A stretch of DNA of 64,000 nt, from the NCBI RefSeq assembly GCF_009914755.1, contig NC_060945.1, one strand, 5' to 3'. Every line of letters begins with the position of its first letter. The stretch's first letter is position 1. The DNA is from the human T2T-CHM13v2.0 reference genome, Homo sapiens. Below the pieces are notes generated by a model, which searched no databases, was not told where the DNA came from, and saw nothing but the letters and a program-made list of their open reading frames with translations. Of the stretch, positions 57,451-64,000 are shown in pieces. Position numbers and translations under genes: made by a program.

Positions 57451-58169
57451 AATAAAAGATAAAAGATTGATCACATCCCTGTTTCCAAGGCTGTAATTCA
57501 AGCTGGTCCACAGTTCAAGTTTCACATCACTCTTGGAATTTGTATTTTTTCCATTCAAAACTATCTTCAATTTATTGTGCTAGGAGCCACAGATACAGAG
57601 ATGTCCAAGAGGCTGATTCTGTCCTTAAGAGTTCACAGTCAACAAGCGGGGACAGAGAAGAAAATAAATTGCTATAAACTGCACAGCAAACATAACAGAA
57701 GTAAGCCAACGCCAAAAAGGGAAAAGTAGGGGCAGAAAAGAGGGGAAAAAAATCAAGCGTCTATATGTTGCTCTTACAAAATATCATTCAGAACTGCACT
57801 CAAATCTGTATATGTGAAATGTCTAGGCTGATTGAATAGGGAGTTTCCATTTTCAGTCTTTTGGTCAGGCTGGGAACAGTAGACCTGGGGTTGTAAGGTG
57901 TACAAAGAGTACAGGAGCCTGGGAAGCCAGTTTCTGTGCAGCGCATTGCTCAGAAGCAAGGATTTGGGCCAGACTAATCTAATTTAACTCTTAATTAACT
58001 GTCATCTGGCACTTAAGAAATCTGTGGGCTACGTAAAATTAATGATAGTTCAGTAAATATATACTGATGCTGACCTAAATCTTATTCCTAACCTGAATCA
58101 TGTTCAGCTCCTTTTAAAAACTGAACATCATTTTCCATCAAACGTCTATTGAATTTTAATTATAACTCA

Positions 58170-58400
58170 TATTCATGAGTGTTTTCTACGTGTCATGCAT
58201 TATTTTAGGTACTTCACAAGCATTTTCTCACTTAAAACTTACAAAACCTCTTGAATTTCTACTACTCCCTAGAGGAAATTGAGCCACTGAAAGGTAAAGT
58301 AGAATGCCCAAGATCCCAGAGCTAATAGATGGTGAAGTTTAAATTCAACCCCAGATGGTCAGATTGAAGAGTCTATACTTGAAACCATCTTACTATAGTG
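58170..58400 (-). mobile_element. MIR relic
   Basis: gaggaaattgag…tgcccaagatcccagagcta…aattcaaccccagat. Confidence 0.65.
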
Positions 58401-59079
58401 CCCTAGCACCAACAGCATCTTTGTTAATGCATGTTACTCTATTTTAGATCAAATATTTACCCCAGAAGTTACATTGAAAGCATGGGCCACTTCTAAGCTT
58501 GGCTAGTTGTAAATAAATACTTTTCAAAGGAAATGATCTAAGATTGTTCCTATTCATATCACTGAGCCAATTCTGGCTTAAGGGATAGCTCAGCATATAC
58601 AAGTTCAATGAGTAGTAAGAAAAAAATCCCTATGCAAAAGTTGCTGTCTGATTTAATAGAATTTTTTAATTTCTGTGTATCTCTGTTTAATCTTACTTGG
58701 CTTTTAATAGTCCATCAGGAGGAATGATATTCAAATGCTTTCAAATAAATTTTTGTAATATGCACATGTAGATAAGAAGAATATTTCACTAATATCTAAT
58801 TTCCTTATTTGTTACTATCGCTCACTATTTTCTTTCAAAAAAACAAAGTTTTCTATGTCAAAGAAGGTGTTTTATTTTTACCATGCTAAGGGTATTAGCA
58901 CAATTGCATCTGTTTTAGATAGATATTGTCATATATGATCAGTATTTGTACTAATAATGTAGTCAAAATTATAATATTATTTTATGTTAAAACAGTTTAT
59001 CACAATAATTGTTAATATTTTCCTTTGAATTGTACTTTCTGCTTGTTTGGAGGCTTTGTGCTACACTCTTTATGTGCAT

Positions 59080-59515
59080 AACAAGAGAATAAATACATTG
59101 TTATATTCATATAACAGAATACCACTCAATGATAAAAAAAGAAATGAATTATTAATTGACACAAGGACATAGATATATTTCAGAAACACTTCATGAAACA
59201 CCTTCAAAAGGCATTTGCTGGAAGAAAACATACACACACACACACACACACACATACACATTCATACTGCATGATTGCATTCATATGACCTACAAGAATA
59301 ATCAATTTATGATAATGGAAGTCAGAAAAATAGTACTTCCGTGGATAGAGAAAATTGACTCGAAGAGCACATAAGAGATTTTGTGATAAAAATATGTTTA
59401 TTGGAGTGGCGGTTATGTGGATGTATATAATTGTCGAAGGTAATCCAATTGAACCTTTAAGATTCACGCTTTTGTATTTTTTGTGCTTTTTTTCTCAATA
59501 AAAATAAATAAATAA
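59080..59515 (+). mobile_element. L1ME-type 3'UTR relic with internal (CA)n
   Basis: aataccactcaatgataaaaaaagaaatgaattatt…tactgcatgattgcattcatatga. Confidence 0.6.
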
Positions 59516-59599
59516 AAGGCATCTCTGCAAGAACATGTACTCGGTTCTCTGAATACTTTCATGCATATTGATAATACAGGTATACCTGTCTGTTTATAT

Positions 59600-59827
59600 C
59601 AGTGTTTCTTAACCTTGGCACTACTGGAGTTTTGGACCCGATGTTTTTCTCTCAGAGTGGGTGGAGAGGGCTGTCCTTTGCATCGCAACATATTTAGCAG
59701 TATCCCTGGTCGCTACCCACTAGATGCCAGTAACATCCCCAGGTTATGACAACCAAATTTTCTTCAGACATTGCCAAATATTTCCTGGGATGGGGCTGGG
59801 GGGAATTGACCTAGCTAAGAACCACTG
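59600..59827 (+). mobile_element. MER20 hAT-Charlie MITE
   Basis: TIRs cagtgtttcttaacc / taagaaccactg; ctacccactagatgccagta; cagacattgccaaat. Confidence 0.92.
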
Positions 59828-60056
59828 ATCTACCTGTATATGTACACAACAAATCCTACCTAATGGAATCTTTACCAGAATGTGCGTAGTGATTACCTTT
59901 GGGCAATGGGAATATAGACTACTTACTTACATTCTTTCTGTAAACATGTGTTCATGTGTATGTGTTTATACACACATACATACAACATATATCATTTTAT
60001 CCAAATATAGCATATATAATTTTAAAATCTAAATATCTTAAAAATTAGCAGAAACT

Positions 60057-60675
60057 TGTGAAAGGAAATCAAATCTTGGGACCCAAACTCATTAAACCAA
60101 AGGAAAAATTTAAGCTGGTAACTGAGTCACACAAACCTACCTCCCTCTTTGGGTTCCTAAATAAGATGGGTACAAGATGAAAAGGTACAGGCCTACCCCA
60201 TATTTTGCTCACAAGGAAATTCCTAGTTAGCTCCAAGATCTTTACCCTAAGGTGTTTCTGTTAAGATTTCACCATGGCAATGTGAATTGATAGCTTAGTT
60301 TTACAGGTGCAGTCACCATCCTGCCCACCAGACACAACTGCACATCTGGTTATTTCCCTGCCCTATTTTGTCATGTTATCTTATATAAAAATGCAGATTC
60401 TCTGCATTTTTCCTATGCCCCATTTGTCTATCTCATCTTAAGTAAAAATGCAGATTCACGAGCCAGACAAACGCATGAATGACCATTTTTTGCTACTCCC
60501 CCTTTCATGAAAAGTGTGTACTTCTCAATATTCTCCCCTTTCTCCTTTAAATTTGGAGCCTTAAAATTATCTTTAGAGAAAGGCATAGACCTGCCTCCCA
60601 GTCAGGCTCACATCCTTAACTTTGGCAAAGAAACTTCCTAAAATGATTGATACTTGTCATTTTTCTCGATTGACA
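60057..60675 (+). mobile_element. MER4A-like ERV1 solo LTR
   Basis: TGTGAAAGGAAA…tcttgggaccc start; …tttttctcgattgaCA end; TSD aact/atct. Confidence 0.88.
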
Positions 60676-60686
60676 ATCTCTTATAG

Positions 60687-61048
<362 letters not shown>

Positions 61049-61909
61049 TGACTTCTGCCCATATCTCCATGGACATGGAAGATCATGAGTGGCAGGATGG
61101 CTGGAGATGAGATTCTGTAAGGCTCACAGCAGCTGGAGGTGGCAAAAACCACAGAATAAAAGCAAGGACAGAGCAGTTCTGATGCACCTCTGGAGCCAGG
61201 CTCTGGTATTCCCCAAAGTAACGAGGCTCAGAAATGGTTTATAAAGTTGGAATTTGGAGTCATGGTCTGAAAAATGTGAGCAAGTAAAGAACAAATGGGG
61301 CAGAAAGAGGATAGATGATGGTGAATCTTCAAAGGTTAGCCTTTGAAGTTTGCTATCTTAAGAGGCAGCTGACGACTTAGAAAATGAGTTATTTCTACTC
61401 AATAGAAAAGAAATATTGTGGAAAAAGTATGCATCTGAAATGAGCATGAGGCCTTCTACATTCATTCAGCACAATTTTAGACCTTTGATTTTGCTCAGGG
61501 CTCTCTGTAATACCAATCTGTCTCAGTGCCTGGCGAGTTTCAGATCCTTTTCTGTTTATCTCATGTATCTTGTTCTGAGCTCATCCCTAAGACATCACAA
61601 GAGATATTGATTTCTTGACTTCCGGACACATAGTGTTCCTTACAACATGCCTGTCCTCATCCTCTGAAATTTTCTCCTCTGGTCCTTTTGAGCAACCATC
61701 CACTGACCCAATTGAATCCCCCATGACCCTCCTATATCAAACTGCATAAGGGTGTAGAACAGGACGGTCACAATGTACCATGGAGATTTTAAATCCTTTG
61801 TAAAATATAGAAAACAGTAACCAAATAAACCCCAAATAAAGCAGATCAACAGTTTTTTAGGTAAAGCAACCTAAAAACTAACCTGTCTACAAAAGGACAA
61901 GAGTAAAGT

Positions 61910-62428
61910 TATCAGAGGCATTTGAACCAAAGTGACTCCATTTTGAGTGAGGGCTAGGAAAATGAGGCCGAGACCTGCTGGGCTGTATTCCCAGAAAATT
62001 AGGCATTCCTAGCCTCTAGATGTTTACTGTTAAAGGAAAAACTAGTAATATTTATTAAACAGACCCATCTTGGGAGTGTCCAGATATCTCAATATCTAGA
62101 GAACAAAGGCATTCCTAATTTTGCTTTAAAGATAATAATATCAATTCCTTAAAAATACAGTATTTAAGAAAATTAATCCTTTATCACAAACCCTTATAGC
62201 AAAATACACCTCCCCATATATACAAGCATTGCTATGTACAGTGAATGCATTCCTCCTCTTACTTTTAGGCACGCCCTACTCTGTCTATGGAGTGGCTGTC
62301 TTTTCATCACTTTACTTTCTTAATAAACGTGCTTTTGCTTTGTACTGCATACTTGCCCTGAATTCTTTCTTGTGTGAAATCCAAGAACCCTCTCTTGGGG
62401 CCTGGATCCAGACCCCATTCATTTAACA
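61910..62428 (+). mobile_element. MER41 (C/D-like) ERV1 solo LTR
   Basis: tatcagaggcatttgaacca…gactccattttgagtgagggctaggaaaatgagg…ccaagaaccctctcttgggg…taaca; perfect 4-bp TSD aagt. Confidence 0.9.
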
Positions 62429-62431
62429 AAG

Positions 62432-62801
62432 TGATATGGTTTGGCTCTGTGTCCCCATCCAAATCTCATCTTGTAGCTCCCATAGTTCCCACATATTGTG
62501 GTAGGGACCCAGTGGGAGATGACTGAATTATGAGGGCGGGTCTTTCCCATGCTGTTCTCATGGTAGTAAATGGATCTTATGAGATCTGATGGTTTTAAGA
62601 AACAGGAGTTGCCCTACACAAGCTCTCTCTTTTTGCCTGCTGCCATCCACGTAAGATGTGACTTGCCCCTCTTTGCCTTCTGCCATGATTGTGAGGCCTC
62701 CCCAGCCATGTGGAACTGTAAGTACAATTAAACCTCTTTCTTTTGTAAATTGCCCAGGCTCTGGTATGTCTTCATCGGCAGCATGAAAACAAACTAATAC
62801 A
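62432..62801 (+). mobile_element. THE1B MaLR solo LTR
   Basis: TGATATGGTTTGGC…gaggcctccccagccatgtggaactgt…aactaataCA; 5-bp TSD taaag at 61904-61908 and 62802-62806. Confidence 0.92.
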
Positions 62802-63297
62802 TAAAGATTGTTGATTTTAGGCAACTTGCTTTTGCTTAGTACAAGTTACTAGATAGTGAGCAGTAAGTTGGAATAACATAAATTCTGATGACGGTACCCT
62901 GTCATCTTCATCTTGGGACCTCATAATAGTTACTGCTATCATTTGAAGTAATACAAACACAATAAAGAATTATTTATTTTAATTATCTATAAGGCAGATT
63001 TACATAAATGGTACTGGAAATTTAACCTTTCATTTCTTATCTTAACCTATCTAAATAATGAGATCACAAAATGAATCTCTAATTCTCCCTTCAATTCTAT
63101 TGATCAGTATCAATAATTTTTAATTAGGCAATTTCTCATTTGCAGATCTTGCAAGTATTTATTTAATCAAGTCAGATGGTTTTATCTAGCTGATCTAATT
63201 TATAAAAGCATCATTTTTAACAATAAGTAGGATTTTGATAATAGTTTATTGTAGTGATCTACATATTATCTGAAAAAGCTAATCCAAAGACAAAAAA

Positions 63298-63409
63298 ACT
63301 AACATTACTCTCTTATATTTTCTGTTTTTGATAAACACAAACTCTTAAAAACTAATGTTACTGTATTATCTTTTCTGTTTTCAATAAACACTAACTCTTA
63401 AGAACTGAT
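63298..63409 (+). repeat. 53-bp tandem duplication (2.1 copies)
   Basis: 63298-63350 vs 63351-63403: 44/53 identical, ungapped. Confidence 0.9.
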
Positions 63410-64000
63410 TCAACAATAATGTGGCTAAATTTTTTAAATAATTGTATTCATTAGGGCATTCATAAACTCTTACTCTAATTTTAAAAATCATCATTTTGAT
63501 TTTCTCTACCACCAAAATGAAAATGTATCGAATGCTTTATCATCAAAATTACATGTAAAAAGATATCAAGGGTTTAGGGTAATGTTAGAATATATTTCTA
63601 CACTAAGGTATTATTTAGGATTTTTTAAAAAATAGGTATTTTACAACTCAGAAGAAACTTAGAATTGGAAATATGTATGGAAATCTTTTTTCCTCAAAAA
63701 TGAGAAATGGGTTATAAAGAAAATGAATATAAATGCTAATTCAAATATGAAACTTTTGCTTTTGAAAATCTCCTTGAATGTTCTGTATTTAGGAAAGATG
63801 ATTTAATATTTCTTGAAATATGTCCTTTAAATAAACTAGTTTATAATGTTCTCACTCTTTATCATATCAAAGCAAAGTAAATCTCGATGCCCTCTAAGGT
63901 AATTATTTGCTTGATTAAATCCCAACTATGTGGAATAATTTCAATTTGGACAACATACATTGTCTTTCTATGATAACATATAATAGTCTAAAACACAAAG

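Noticed and set aside
59786-59803. G-rich run in MER20 as a possible G-quadruplex
   Set aside because: Only three separate G-tracts; not a canonical four-tract motif.
60370-60460. Internal direct repeat tcttatataaaaatgcagattc / tcttaagtaaaaatgcagattc
   Set aside because: As I recall, an intrinsic feature of MER4-family LTRs rather than a locus-specific event.
63298-63409. Direct repeats as a CRISPR-like array
   Set aside because: Primate DNA, two abutting copies, no spacers and no cas genes.

Overview
This window is AT-rich, CpG-depleted simian (very likely human or ape) genomic DNA with no recognisable protein-coding gene and no CpG island. It reads as a gene desert or a very large intron. 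All ORF-track hits are either decayed L1 ORF1/ORF2 fragments, Alu-derived, or chance ORFs. The window opens inside a 3'-truncated 5S rRNA pseudogene. It is dominated by interspersed repeats: 10 Alus; several L1s, including a near-full-length L1MB2-like copy nested with a target-site duplication (TSD) inside an older antisense L1; MaLR LTRs (MLT1, MST, THE1); ERV1 LTRs (MER4, MER41, MER57); hAT MITEs (MER58B, MER20); MIR and L2 relics; and microsatellites. I cannot support a new biological system from this sequence. The best unexplained leads are: (1) a ~130-bp, ~78%-identical inverted repeat pair bracketing a 2.1-kb segment (11.0-13.4 kb); (2) a multi-part, locally templated insertion inside an old L1; (3) repeat-free, motif-dense enhancer candidates (a TALE/SOX cluster at 52.5 kb and a forkhead cluster at 55.8 kb); (4) a consensus-bounded 166-nt candidate exon; and (5) a MER41-into-THE1B nested insertion resolved to the base and carrying a GAS motif. 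Repeat subfamily names come from recalled consensus sequences and boundaries are approximate. No database search was run.
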